The notes: generated from the sequence alone by a model not told the origin. Positions 13,794 to 28,029 are shown, numbered from the stretch's first letter. The stretch is 64,000 bases of DNA from Eledone cirrhosa (GCA_964016885.1 OZ024740.1:224440001-224504000); one strand, 5' to 3'. Translations and numbers: made by a program.

Positions 13794-14080
13794 TTGGTTC
13801 CTTTACCGGTTTTGCAGTTCTTCTGCTTTTCAAAAGTAGATTTGAGATGGAGGGTCTGTGCTTTTTCTCACATTTGGTTGGTCTTTGAATGTTACTTGTT
13901 TCATATGGAAAAAAATGGCTCGAAACGCCAGGTTTTTAGAGAAGTAATTTGATTGGCTGGTCAGTAAGTATAATAAATTTCGCGCCAGTTCGCGTTACAA
14001 AGTTCTTCAAACAATGGGGGGGGGGGGGGGGGGGCTCAGGTTGTTTTTTCATATATGAGTGTTTGAATTACCTTTTACTT

Positions 14081-14420
14081 AAAAAAAGGGGCTCACGAAG
14101 GCTTTTTCCCAAAAAAATGTAATCTGATTGGTTATAAATGAAATTATTGCTGTCACCTGAACAAGTTCAGTAAATTTCGCGCCCGTATTTCGGAATTTAT
14201 TTTGTAGCCTTTTAGAGAATTTTATGACAATAAAAAAAATGGCTCACGATGGCTTTTTCTTTTTAAATGTAATTTGATTGGTTATAAATGAAATTCTGGC
14301 TGTCACGTGAATAAGTTCATTAACATTGCGCGCCTGTATTTGGGAATTTATTTTGTAGCCTTTTACAGAATTTTATGACAATAAAAAAAAAGTGACTCCC
14401 GAAGGCTTTTTTTTAAAAAT
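14081..14420. repeat. About 151-bp tandem repeat, about 2.2 copies, with CCAAT, E-box and E2F-like motifs
   Basis: Units start AAAAAAA(G/T)GGCTCACGA; contain TGATTGGTT, GTCAC(C/G)TGA and TT(T/G)CGCGC. Confidence 0.8.
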
Positions 14421-14518
14421 AAGACTCTAGTTGCATTTTCGATTTCATCTTTTTTTTCTTTATACTTTCACTCGTGTAGGACACCTCGGTTATTTTTCAT
14501 TTTGTAAAAAAACCTCAC

Positions 14519-14622
<104 letters not shown>

Positions 14623-15005
14623 AGTAGAGTTTAATGTTTAAGCAATACAGGAACTATACAGGAACTTCTGAAACTGAGAAAAATCAATCTGTAGATTCAG
14701 AAGTAAATATTTCAAAAAACGTTATGACCAAAGGAAAACAAGAAGAGATAATGGTGGTATGTGAAGACATTCTATTATGATGGTCGAAATATATGGAAGC
14801 ATATTTATGTCATTGTGTGGAGCAAGAGGAACGATTTTATACCATGAAATAAAATATTTTTACTATAAAAAATCAGGAGAAAGCTTTTTACTATAAAAAC
14901 TCAGGAGACTTTATAGCCAAATAATTTCCAGCTACCATGTATGGAAAATGATGTTAATAAAAGGAAAATTATTATACGAAAAAAGAAAAACAACTGCAAG
15001 TATTA

Positions 15006-15736
15006 ATAATTGTTTCTATTTTAGTCACAAGGCCAGCAATTAACCAATACATTACTGGTACTTTATTTTATCGACCCCGTAAGGATGAAAGGTAAAGTTA
15101 ACCTCGGCGGGATTTTAACTCAGAATGGCAAGGGCCGTAACTCTATGCGTCAAAGCATGGCGTCCGACCCTCTACCGATACTGCCTATCCACCGCCACTT
15201 GTGTCATATAATGTGTCATATAATGGTTTCTGTATGACTGCATATAATTTCATGACCAGTATCTTTTTCTGCCACTATATTTTTTTTTATTTTACTTCCA
15301 ATCGTTTCTTCAAAGTTTATTCTTCAATTTCACTCCCCCTCATCAGCCATCTCCATCCATTTGCTTTTTTTTTTTTCATTCTTGCTTTTGCTTTTTTCTT
15401 CATATTCTTCATTTTCCAATCAGTGAGCTGCTGTGTTTTTACATCTTTACATTTCTACATTTCCTCCTAATTCATTTATATATATATGTATGATATATAT
15501 ATGTATTATATATATGTATGTATTATGTATGTATTATATATGTATGTATGTATTTGTTAATGTATGTAGGTGTTTATGCATGTATTTATGTAAGCATGCA
15601 TACATGCATACATTTTAAACATACATACATAAATACATACATACACACAAACATACAAACCTATGTACATACAAAAATACACATATATACATACATACAC
15701 ACATACAATAATCTTCTGTATAGTAAGGGTGTCATC
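15006..15736 (-). repeat. Copy 2 of the inverted duplication, including a SINE at 15006-15200; followed by a SINE head at 15737-15790
   Basis: Reverse complement of 8401-9242, with shorter microsatellite parts. Confidence 0.92.
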
Positions 15737-16213
15737 ATAAAGGGACGTAACTCTATGCTTCAAAGCATCTACCGATACTGCCAATCCACAATAGTAGAAG
15801 TAATAATAATAGTAATGTTATCGAATTTAGGCTCATTCTTAAGTATGCACAGGCCGCTGTAGAAGCAGGCGTAAATGAGGATATATTGTATAAAAACATG
15901 TACATGTGTGCATGTACACACACCTACTTATAAATAATATGAATATATCTACATATATACACACACACCTATACATGGCCTCAGCCAGATTTCTAGAACA
16001 GGTAAAAGAGTATATATATATATATATATATACTCCTCACTGATTAACCTCGATGTCACGTGATTGATTCTTTTGAATTTGCCACTGAACACGAAGGCAG
16101 TGAAGTTTTCAATGGCTTGAAATTTAGTCCGCGCTAGCTTTTTTCCATCCACTGAATTATTTTTGTATTGGAACCCTGTGTCCGCGCATGGTCACGAATC
16201 TTAGCCGAGAATG

Positions 16214-16295
16214 ACTCCCTGGTGAAGAAAGGATTCTCCATGGCCTCCATTTGGAGACTATGTATATCCCCTCTCAGAAACTAATTAGTTGGAGT
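16214..16295 (+). ncRNA. Type I hammerhead ribozyme (one core substitution)
   Basis: Stem I ACTCC/GGAGT, core CTGGTGA, extended stem II, GAAAC-TAATTA-GTT with palindromic stem III AACTAATTAGTT. Confidence 0.65.
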
Positions 16296-16653
16296 GAAAT
16301 TTAAGTAAGTGAGTTAATTACTATAATTTTCTTATTATACCTCTTTTATCATCTCTTTGTATTGAACCATAAAGTTACTAAGACAAAATCTATATCTCTG
16401 CTAGCGTAAGTATACATCTGTATAAATATGTTGGTAGATATACTAATTCTTTATATATACAAACATATATATATATATATACATATATACACATACACAC
16501 ATACATATACATATCTAAATAATACATGTTTGTCTAAAGTTAGTTTGTTCTTAGCTACCACATCATGATGTATTTTATCAGCATAGTGTCCGTATTATCC
16601 ATTAGGATATAATGTTGGGCTGCAATACAAAAATGTGTTATTATTTATTATTT

Positions 16654-16835
16654 GGCACTATCGGTAGAGGGTCGGACGCCATGCTTTGCAGCAAAGACTT
16701 ACGGCCCATTATGATCTGAGTTCAAATCCCGCTAAAGTTAACTTTCCCTTTCATCCTTACGGGGTCGATAAAATAAAGTACCAGTAATGCACTGGGTAAT
16801 TGCTGGCCTGGTGCCAAAATTAGAAACAATTATTA
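16654..16835 (+). mobile_element. ATT-tailed SINE (Meta-domain-like)
   Basis: Same head, core and tail as 9049-9242; inserted in a TTA-rich run. Confidence 0.85.
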
Positions 16836-16875
<40 letters not shown>

Positions 16876-16991
16876 AAAATAAATAATAATACATTTTTGT
16901 ATTGCAGCCCAACATTATATCCTACCCAAGGAAAATTCAACTAATAATGTATGTTTCCTTGGCTATGTCAAAATTTATAAAATACACTTTG

Positions 16992-17053
16992 TATTTTATC
17001 TGATGAAAGCGTACCAAAGTTTTTGATACCCTTGAAATATATATAATAGAATA
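16992..17053 (+). ncRNA. Type I hammerhead ribozyme, family A, intact core
   Basis: 8-bp stem I TATTTTAT/ATAGAATA, CTGATGA (17000-17006), stem II AAGCGTACCAA/TTGATACCCTT, GAAA (17034-17037), palindromic (AT)n stem III, AUA triplet ending at 17045. Confidence 0.8.
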
Positions 17054-17092
17054 AATATGGTTTTATAAATATACTTTCCCTTTATTTAATAT

Positions 17093-17160
<68 letters not shown>

Positions 17161-18229
17161 CTTAAAACACGTGTCAACTGAACATATATATTCTTTGGTA
17201 GTCATAGTTTCTTGATGGTGCATGTGAGATTAATCTGTTATAGTTAATTGGATACTGTCATGAAACGCTGAGTACCAACAAATGCCTTTGCTTAGTTGCC
17301 ATCTATTTTATGTAATATATATTACCTCTATGTTGAGATATTTAGGGCCCAATCTTTTAAGTAGAGTTCCCACACAAATAACGATATATATGTGTGTGTC
17401 TGTCTAGGTGTGAGTGTGTCATTAGTGTTATATGGTGTGTGCTGAGTGCATTTTGTCAGAGTACCATGATGAACAAGTTGAACCAAGTGTATTATGAAGT
17501 GGCCCTGGATTTTCCTTGGGCATTGTTGGAGGAGGAAGTGTGAATTCAGGGATGGGAGTGGTTCAGGACAGTATGTCATATGTCATGGGGATGGTCTTAG
17601 AGTCAGAAAGGGATTGGTTACTGGGTATGCTATGGCGGTGGGTAGATTAGATATTTGAGAGAAACATCTCAGTAAATAAGACTATACCTAACGAAGGTAG
17701 GCACTAGATTGTGTGTAAAGGGGATGACTATGTAGGGGAATGAATATCAAGGAGGAAGAGATGGAAGTAGGTAGCCTAAATTGCATTGTATCCGTTTACC
17801 TTTTGCTACCCTCCTACATATTTTCATTTTATTCTGTTTCTGTTGGAATTTGAGTGTCCTGTAGTATGACATATCACCAGTTGACTGTGTAATCTTCTAT
17901 ATGAGTTACAATTTTGTGAGGTTAGCCTACACTACATTATCCCACGATTTCCTAGGTCTTGTTCATCCACTATTTCCCTTGACTTTGAATGCTCTGCACT
18001 TTTTACGCAGCTCCCATCTTTTACTTGCATCACATCATAACACCAATGCAGTCATCTTTCTTGTATACTACATCCAATCATCCCTCTTATGCACAGTTTT
18101 ACTCTCAGAGGATTAGTGCTTTGTTATCCATGCAACCTACTCCATCTTATATAGTTCATATTTTTATAAATACTACGTGTTGTGGGCCTAATAATTGCTT
18201 CCTTGTATATATTCTTTGTTGTTAGTAAA

Positions 18230-18490
18230 ATTAATAGCTCGCTGAATGTTTTCCAACTGTTTAGATCACCCAAGTAGCAAAGGATTTCAACTATTTCTCA
18301 GGGGCCATCAAAGCATTTGATAGAGCTAGCATCATGTGCACACTTGAGGTTTACTGCTTCTATTTATCTACCACATTCAAAGTTTACATATTTTGTTATC
18401 CTGTATGAGATCCCACAACATCTCAAAAAGGCTGAGAGTAAATTTATCAAAAACCTTAATTTGAGTAAGTATGGAAGAAAACAGAACGCT
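18230..18490 (+). mobile_element. Possible decayed PLE 3' fragment (GIY-YIG C-terminus-like)
   Basis: Peptide FVILYEIPQHLKKAESKFIKNLN resembles the E..FI...LN end of PLE endonucleases; a very degenerate minus-strand hammerhead-like motif at about 18240-18315. Confidence 0.3.
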
Positions 18491-18550
18491 GGTCACATCT
18501 CGGAAGTAACTATGTAAAAAAGGAGTATGTAAGAATGTATATAATGTATA

Positions 18551-18930
18551 TAATTGTTTCTACTTTTGGCACAAGGCCAGCAATAACCCAATACATTACT
18601 GGTACTTTATGTTATCGACCCCGTAAGGATGAAAGGCAAAGTTAACCTCGGCGGGATTTGAACTCAGATCATAAAGGGCCGTAACTCTTTGCTGCAAAGC
18701 ATGTCGTCAGACCCTCTACCGATACTGCCAATCCACCAATTAGAGTTTCTACTGTTGGCACAAGGCCAGCGATTACCCCAGTGCACCACTGGTACTTTAT
18801 TTTATCGACCTCGTAAGGATGAAAGGCTAAGTCAACCTCGGCGGATTTGAACTCAGAACGCAAAGGGCCATAACTATGCTGCAAAACATGGTGTCTGACG
18901 CTCTACTAATACTGCCAAACTACTGCCCTG
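18551..18930 (-). mobile_element. Head-to-tail dimer of ATT-tailed SINEs
   Basis: Two consecutive family copies (about 18551-18740 and 18742-18930). Confidence 0.85.
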
Positions 18931-18999
18931 TGGTATATAATGTAAAATATGAGTACACAAATTACATCGTGGGATTGTGGGCAGGTTAACAGTAAATAT

Positions 19000-19245
19000 A
19001 GACTATATGTCATAGATGCACAGGTGTAGATAATAGTAACAGCCTCAGTGAAATAAACTTTTTTTAGATGTTGTGGGATCTCAATAGCTTCTGTTACCTA
19101 GATGGCATAGTTAGCAGTAGAGGAGGTTACTCTGAAAGCATAGTAACTAGAATAAGATAAGACGGAAAAACTTCAGAGAACTACTAACTCAGTTACCAAA
19201 ATAAGCTTTCTCCCAACAAACAAAAGCCTGGCTGTATGAAGAAAT
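19000..19245 (+). mobile_element. Decayed RTE LINE fragment
   Basis: ATAGCTTCTGTTACCTAG...GGAAAAACTTCAGAGAACTA resembles 62800-62905. Confidence 0.55.
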
Positions 19246-20007
19246 CTATGTACTCTGACGACTTAAGGCCATATAAACCAGGAATAGGCAATACTTATAT
19301 GGGATAAAAATGATCAACTTGTAAAAGAGAAATGGTATCATTTACATACATATTCAAGGTATTATTATTATCAAGTAATGAAAAGGAAAAAATAGTTAAA
19401 TGATGTTATCATCCATTTAATTGAATTAGAAAGTTGGCCATCAGTATCTTTTAAATATCTTGAAAACTGTCTGCTACTTCTAATGGGCTAAATGCGCTCT
19501 CTTAAATAATTCATTCCTTACAATTACCATTTACTCTAGTGGTTAAGAAAGGTTAAGAATAGACAAAAGAATAAGGTTTTTTTTCACACACATAAGGTCA
19601 CAGGTTCAATCCAAGGGTATGATATCTTAGGCAAGTATGATTTATCATAAACTTGAATTGTTACAAAACTTATGAATGAATTGGGGTAGACAGAAACTCT
19701 TTGGAAGCCATTTTGATGGAGTTTACCTGTAATTCAAAGGAACAGCCTCATCACACACACTGTGTTATGTTGAATCTCTCTGATAATTACATGAAAGTTA
19801 CATGTGTCTGTGGAATTTGCAGTTATTTGCATGTTAATAGCATAAAGAAGTTGTTCTATGTATCAAACAAAAGGAACATTCATTGCTGAAGCCACCAGAG
19901 ATCCCTTCCATGCTCATGTCAATAAATAACAGCAAAAGTCTCTCATGAAAATAGTTTTCTTTCTATATTGTTTGCGCAGTGCAGAATAATAACATTTTCA
20001 AGAACTA

Positions 20008-20208
20008 CTGTATATACTTGAATATAAGCCGAAGAATATGTGACCAAAAAATATATGGAAAAATGATGAGCAGGGGGTTTATATACACCATTTAAATAAT
20101 GTGTTGATTAGCTACTTTGACTTATAAATGGGGTTTGGATGTTTGCCTATTTCTCGGACATATAATATATGTTTATATTTGGTTTGGCTTGTATTTGAGT
20201 ATATACGG
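20008..20208. mobile_element. Tc1/pogo-type MITE
   Basis: 23-bp imperfect TIRs CTGTATATACTTGAATATAAGCC / GGCTTGTATTTGAGTATATACGG, each flanked by TA. Confidence 0.8.
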
Positions 20209-23107
20209 TAATTTTTAACAATCTTTACCACTGAAAGCTGCAAAAATCTGATAGTATAAATATTTCTATTTTAGTTATTAGATATCCATCAGTCATTTAA
20301 GAAATAATTATATCAAGTCAAAATGGTTAGCTTAAGAAATATTTTACAATACTTTACAATTACATCAGACTACCAAGCATTAATTTTTAATTGTAAAATA
20401 TAAAAAAAGTATTAGAAATTTGTTTGTAAATAAATCACAAGTGTTAAACATTAGAATATTAGTTCTAGTATGAACAAGATAGTAATGATTAGATATAGTA
20501 ATGATTAGATATATTAGCTCAGTTTATTGTACTTATACTCTTTGGATTAAATGTAATTGACTGAGTGTAGATCTTAGAGATCAAGGAGTCACTCAAGGGT
20601 CAATTGGAATTAGTTGCATCTGACAAGGGGTTAAAGAAGAAATATAAGTAGGTAATATACAGTAAATTTGTTATAGCATTAGACAAGATTCCCTGTGATA
20701 ATTGCTCAGGCACTTTATATTCTAAGTTCAAATCCCACAAGGATCTTACTCAGTTTGGCAGACCTAATCAGTTGTGCATTTTAACTGTACCATCTGATCC
20801 TTGGTTATCTTTATTGGAGTCCACTCAGTTGCAGGTATTTGTTTCAGGTCTCAGGATTTGAGGCTACCTCACTCTTTCCTTCTCAGAGATCCTTAAAGGA
20901 GTCACTGACACAGTCTTCCTTTCCATGACTAAACAATAAAGGAAAAAAAATGGATTTGGCTGACCTTATCATCCCTCTCCATCTAATGGCAAACTATCAA
21001 ATGTTCTTCTTCACAAACTGGCTCTTTTTTGAAAACACCTGTTTCACCAACATTTTCTCTTGAATCACTAACCAGGAATAATTAAAATTGAATATTAATC
21101 ACATCAACTCCATCTTGTTATCTTTATGTACTAATCTCAAAAAAGTAAAGAGGCTATGGGCACTGTCTTCTTTTTCAAGATAATGGGAACTGGAAATAAA
21201 TTACTTTTACATGCAGAGAGACAGAAATCTTGATAAAAACTTTACAACTTGGTAACTATAAATTTTAAACTCGTAAATAATTTTTTTTTCTTTAGAATTT
21301 CAGAGCTGTTAGAAAACAGATATGAAATAAGAGGTAAAACGTTTAGTGTGGAACTATATTACCTGCTAATTCACTTTCCTTTTTATGTAATTCAAATTTA
21401 TTATTCAATCCAATTTTAGTGACTGAATTGTTGCAGCATAAATCAAGTTTACAGAAAAGCGATTAAAAAAAATTCCATGTGATTTGGTTTGAAGTGCTTC
21501 TTTCAGCTAAACAAAAATGTCCTTTTTCTGCATTTAGATGTATTTTAAAATTTCTTTACGTTTTTCTTTTTTTTCTTTTTTTTTTTACTTTGGATGCATG
21601 CTTTTGTTGCCATTCCCATTTAACTTAACCATTATCTTTTAATAACACTTTTGATTTCAGTGAAACCTGCTAAGAGCTCCAGTGTATTATACTAACTGTC
21701 TTTGTTATTCCAAAATACTGTAGCGATATAGATGGAAACATTCTACAGAAGTTCTGACTTACCAAAAAGAAATACAAAATACAAAAACTACATTCGTATT
21801 ATGGGAATAAGGAAAAAAAATTTAGTTGCCTTTAAAGAATTGAAAGAGTTTTATAGTGAAATCAAAAATGAATCAAGTTGATAAATTACTGGAATTCATA
21901 AAAAATAAAAAAAATATAAGAATTACCTGAAATAAATTTCTTAAACAAATACCTGATTAAATTCTAGGTTTTATAAAAAATGAAAAAGAAGTAATATTTC
22001 TTTTCTTTTTCAATCACAGAACAGAAATCAACAATTTAAAAACGTTTCCTATCTCTGTAAGCTGAATAAACAATGGTTAGAATATATGTCTATGTATATA
22101 TGGGAGTATAAAAGAGTAATTGTAGCTGGTTTTATTAGATTTAAGATTACTTTTCTGACAGAAAACTTCTTTTAATTAGGAAAATAACTGACGTATAAAT
22201 AAATATTCTGCGAAGCAGATCTTAGATCTTAATTTGTGTGAACCCTTTGAGAGAAGATAGTTGGGAAAGTTAGCAAGAATTCATATGTGGGCCATTTTTT
22301 AATGCAGATGAAATGACATGCGTTGGGAATATGTTGGGAGAACTAAGTATAACAGATAATGTGATATAATGAGATTATGTAGCAGAGTCTCTAAAGAAAT
22401 ATAATGTTTCTAATAACAACTGGAATTTCACAATAAAATGTTCTTCTACCCCTAACTATAACTGTTCAATTACCATTAGCTTAGTGGAAACAGACAATTG
22501 AGCAAATGTTCAAATAGAGAATATGTTATCATTTACTATCATCTTCATTTGTATGTCAAGCATAAATCATGATGAGCATTTTTGAGACATGTTTTCTATA
22601 GCCAGATGCCTGTCTTGATGCCAACCCATATCTATTTTTTTAAGTATGTCTGTCAAAATGCTGAACACCAGGACATATTGTTTATCGGTGACATAAGCAA
22701 TGTCCCAACTGGTTATTTATTTTTACAAATAGTTGCGATATGATATGTATGGCAGCTGCCACACACACATATGCACATGCCTATAGTGTAAGTGCTATAT
22801 TTAATGTTATATATGTATATATAACGTTAAATATAGCAGAGGCTATATGCAGTTGTGTATAAGTTTATATATTTTGCTGGGACTGATGATTAGGTAGCAT
22901 GATCCCCACCCAATCTATCAGCCTGTGTTCATCAAAAGTAACTTCAAAGTTTTTCAATATAAGGGGCCAGTATTTAGCTTGTTGGCATATATATATATAT
23001 TAATAAAAGGAATTCCAACTTTGTCTGATTAACTCGTTTTATTTACAATCCTTTAAAATTATAATGATATTATAATGAAATAGTATGGTAGAATATTAAA
23101 TGTTAAT

Positions 23108-23146
23108 TGAACAAGTACTTTCATGCTTTTGCAATCTTCAGGTTCA
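23108..23146 (-). ncRNA. Minimal type I hammerhead ribozyme, intact core
   Basis: Minus strand: TGAAC-CTGAAGA-tTGCaaaaGCAt-GAAA-GTAC-TT-GTTCA; 5-bp stem I, palindromic stem III AAGTACTT, CUU triplet. Confidence 0.8.
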
Positions 23147-24158
23147 TATTCAGTGGTGACAGTCAAGTTTGCAATTTTCAACCCTATGTATATATATACA
23201 GGGCTGGCAAACCGGATGCCAACAAGCTAAATTCTGGCCCCTTATATTGAAAAACTTAGAAGTTACTTTTGATAAATTCAGGCTGATATATATATATTAG
23301 TACCACAGAAATAGGTATTACAGTGGATTATGGAATAAAATGAATTATGAATATCTATATCTCGCTTTTTCATTTTTATCATTATTGGAAAGATACATAT
23401 GACGCTGAGTGCTTTAACCTAATTACATCATATGTTACTGATTAGAGTGTTGCATACGCAACTCTACTGTATTTGAAAGAAAAAAATTGAAAAAAAATAT
23501 ATATATATTTTAAAAAAACAATAAACAACCTTCGGTCTCCAGGATGCATGGTAAATTTTTGAAACTTATTTTAGGGAAAAAGTAGCGTCTTTGACACCAG
23601 GAAATATGGTAATTAGTCAACATTTCATAACAGAAATATATATATGTGTGTGGTTGTAATAAGCTTTCCTAAAATTTCTGATACTAAATTTACACACAAG
23701 GTATCAGTTGGTCTATGACTGCAGTACACAGTTTTAAGCATGACCAAGTGATTAAGAATGACAATTCTAAGATTACAGGTTCAATCCCATATTGTGACTT
23801 CTTGAGCAAGGGTTTTAGCATAGCTTTTGGTTGTTTCAAGCCCTGCACATGGAACTGAATAGAAGGGAGATTTGTGGAAACCTATTAGATTGACTGAACC
23901 TGCAATTCAAAAACTCTGCTTTGTTATACACTGTATCACACAGATTGTGTCTGAAGATTATGGTAAGAGTACTCATGTCTGTGGAACACTCAATCACTTA
24001 CACTATCAATCAATGAATAGGTATTGGATCTATCATACAGAACTGTGTGTTTTAAAGTGATCATATTTATCTGAACAGTTTCCATCATAATTAATGTAAG
24101 AATCTGTGTTAATATATGTTCAAACACAAGCTGACTGACATTAATAGTGTGGACTGGG

Positions 24159-24190
<32 letters not shown>

Positions 24191-27100
24191 CAATCCCAGT
24201 GGAAGGAAACCACAGTAGAGGTAGACCAAGAAAGACCTAGGCAGAGGTGGTGAGAGCTGACTTCAAATTGCTGTGACTTACAAAGAAGATGATGAAGGAA
24301 CACAGTGAGTGGAGAGATGCTCTGCTGAGAAGGGCACATTCAACCATGCCAGCATAGAACAATGGATTTTAAAAGGATGATGATACACACATGTACACAT
24401 ATATCGAACCATTGCAGCAGTGTATCCTATAATGGTACATAAGCAAAACACTATTGATATAAATCTCTTGCAAAGTGAAGAATTAAATAGTCTTTATTTT
24501 GTATCATTAGGTATGACAATTCCTTATATGTTTTACCTTTATGCAGGAATGGCTGACAAACACAGTGAAATGAAAATCAGAGTAGTAGTGAGTGAATCTG
24601 CAATTTTACACAAAAATTAAACTTTTATACATGTAGTAATAAGAGAAGATAATTCTCATTCAAAACGCATCCCTTCTAAAAAGGAGAGATGGTAATATTG
24701 GAGTAGTTTTGAGTATAGGTCTAAATAATTGCAACTATCATACAGAGTTTTGTGGTTAATTCAAAATACCCCTTAGTCATTCCATGTCATTTTATTTTGA
24801 GATCAATCCTCCCATGCCATGCATTAACCACGATGCCCAAACCTTCTTACCTAGAACCCTCAGCACTTGAAACTTTTCTCCTTCTTTTATATGTCTTTCC
24901 CAATGATGCAGACTTACAATAATTTAAACAGAATAGCAATGGAATCAGTCTCTTAGATCCAGGAGGAAAGTTATTGACACTGCCTCTTCCACTAGAACTA
25001 TGAAATAAAAAGAATTCTGTGGGGGAAATTCTTGTTTTGTTACCATATCTCTAATGAAATATTCTGCCTATATTTTTTGATTAATTTTGAACATAATGAA
25101 GAATCTGTAGGGATTTAGTAATATAAGTAAATTTTCCATTATTTATTATGGGTAGGGGTGGATTGGTGCTATCGTTAGAACATTGGACAAAGTGTTTCAC
25201 AGCATTTAGTTATGGTTCATTATGTTCTGATTCCAAATCCTGCTATGGTCAACTTTTCCTTTTATCCTGTGAAGGTGGATAAAATAACATACCAGTCAAG
25301 TACTGGGGTCAATATAATAACATTGACCTTGTGTTTAAATTAGAAATTATTATTAAATTGATGTTTAAAACATAACTTTAAAATGTTTCTAATATAATAA
25401 ACTTACTATAGAAGGTTTTTCCATAAATATACACACATTAAAACAAACAGTTATGTCTCATAAACCCAGGGGCTGTTTCAAGTGGTTTGATATCAAAGGG
25501 ATCTTAAACAGTAACGGAAACACTGGTGTTTAAAATGATGTCAGTCAACTGGTTAATATTGTTAAAGACATGACTCAGAATTAAGTCTTCTTTTGTCATG
25601 TTCATTCCTATCATTCTCATTTCTCCTTCAATGATTAGTCCTTTTATACTTATCTCTGATCCTCTTTCATAAGTGATGGTTACTTTAACACAGATGTAGT
25701 AAACCTGTTTCTTACTTCCCTTTGAATTCCTGACACCAGGTGCACCAGGTTTAATCTTAATTGCATACTACTACATACACTGACAACACACACACACACA
25801 CATAGACATACACACACACGCACACATAATACGAACACATACAGACTCACCCACACATACAGATACCCAAACAGACATGCACAGACACATCCATGCACAT
25901 GCATACACATACACACATATATACTCAAACATACATGAACAGATACATTGATGCACACACACACTCACTCATACAGATATTCAAACACACAAGCACAGAC
26001 AATTCATGCACACACACACACACACACATACATTCACACATATATACATAGTCACACAAATACCCACACTCACATCCACACACACCCACAAACATATACA
26101 GATGCTCTCACACAAATCTGCTCACACACATGCACTCACATCTACTTATGCACATATGCACATGCCCATGCACACACACTCACAATCACATACACATGTG
26201 CATACACAAGTGCATACAGACACACATTGATACAGCTTACACATCCACATTGTCAGAACAGTATATTGTATTTTGCCATTCAGTAGAGGAACTCTTGTGA
26301 GATAATAATATGATTTTGTTTTCACAATTTTTCTAATACCTAACCACCAATGTTGTCCCTCCTTCTCTTGCTCACTCTTTCTCTTTCTTCTTCCCTATCT
26401 CTACCCACACCTCTCTCTCTGTCTCTCTCTCTCTCTCTGTTTACCCCGTCTCTGTTTGTCTCTGCATCTCTTATTTGGTCACTCTTCATACTCACCATGA
26501 ACATTCATATCAACATGTGAGTACGTGCTTCTGAGTTTATATGTATGTATTGACTTGAAATTCCTTATGGGGTTTTTTGGATATTTTAAACTTGGTGGAG
26601 CTCATTTTCTCTCCAGGTCCAAACACAGTAGATGTCTTCTAGAGAAGGATAGAGAGTAAGAGAAAGGAAGCGAGGCAGAGATTTAGAGGAAACATCAACC
26701 CAGTAGTAGACTGGTACTTTTTGTATTGGCCTTCAAAGGATGAAAAGTAAAGTTGATCTTGGTATGAGATGAAATCTGTGAGCAGAGAGCTGCAATTAAT
26801 ACCATAAAGCATTCTTTATGAAGTTCTTATGATTCTTAGTGTTTCATCATCATCATCATTGTTGAATGTCCATCTTCCATGCTAGCATGGGTTGGATGGG
26901 TTTCTCCCACTTGAAGCAAGATTGGTCAGGAGACAGTGTCTCAACTGATTCTGGCAGGTTTTTTAACACCAACCACATTTACAGTGTTTATATATGTTTA
27001 TGGGTATGGAGAAACAAGAGATGCAATGGGATTGCAGGTAGGCAAACAGAAAAGGTAAATAGACTTTGTATGTGGCGGATGTACATTGATAGTTGGTTGT

Positions 27101-28029
27101 AAGTACACTAGTGAAATAAACATCTTCTAATCCCGTGAGGGCACTATAGAGGTAGCTGATAGATCATCTTATCAAGGCAACCTTGTAATTAGCCGTTCCT
27201 ACTGGAATGAAGCTGCAACAGTGGAAGACTGAGGAAACCCTGAACAGAAATTGTGAGCTGATTTCATATCGATGAACCTCATAGCGATGATGTAAAAACA
27301 AAACAAGTGAAAGGAAACTGTGATGGAGAAAATCTTTCAAACCCAGGTAAGCATAGAAAAGCAGATGTAAAATATTGATGTGACCATATTCAAACTCAGG
27401 TATATACTTCTTGTTTATCACCCACTACCTCCTTATTTTGTAGGCATACAATACCAAAATATCATTCGAGCTATGATCAGACCTTTTATTTCTTATATCT
27501 ATGATTATATAAATCTATCAGTTTTATGTGATTCAAAGTAAATTTGACTGCTATTACCAGAAAATCAAGCAACTGTTCAGAGGCTCTCTTGTTGGGTTCT
27601 GTGAATGCTTAGAATTAATTCTTCTAGAAATTATGGTGCAATCATGGGTTGATTTTTCATATATCTTTGATCTCAGAGAGCTTATGGTTCACAAACTTCA
27701 ATCATTGTGCAGAGGAAAATACATGGAAAATATAGCATAGAATATTGTTAACTTTATTATTATTAATAGTAATACAGTACATTATATCATATGTTGGCAG
27801 GTAATACTAAAAATCTGAATACAAGTAAAACAGGCAATGCAGATGAAATCACCAACAAAGGATATTAAAAGAATATAAATTTGGACACATAAACTAATAT
27901 AAATTTGAATATCTCTTTCATTTGCATTAGTTATAACATTCTTAGCATATAGCAAACCACCATATGCAAAATTTGTGAATCAGGAGAAAGCTTTTGGTTG
28001 TGTACTATATTCTGTTTTTGCTTGTAACT

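Noticed and set aside
25480-25770. 87-codon open frame on the minus strand (YAIKIKPGAPG...)
   Set aside because: No start codon or convincing acceptor, abuts a (TG)n tract, and no recognisable motif.
27240-27352. Plus-strand donor CAG|GTAAGC as an exon end
   Set aside because: No good acceptor, and the frame I traced hits a stop shortly upstream.
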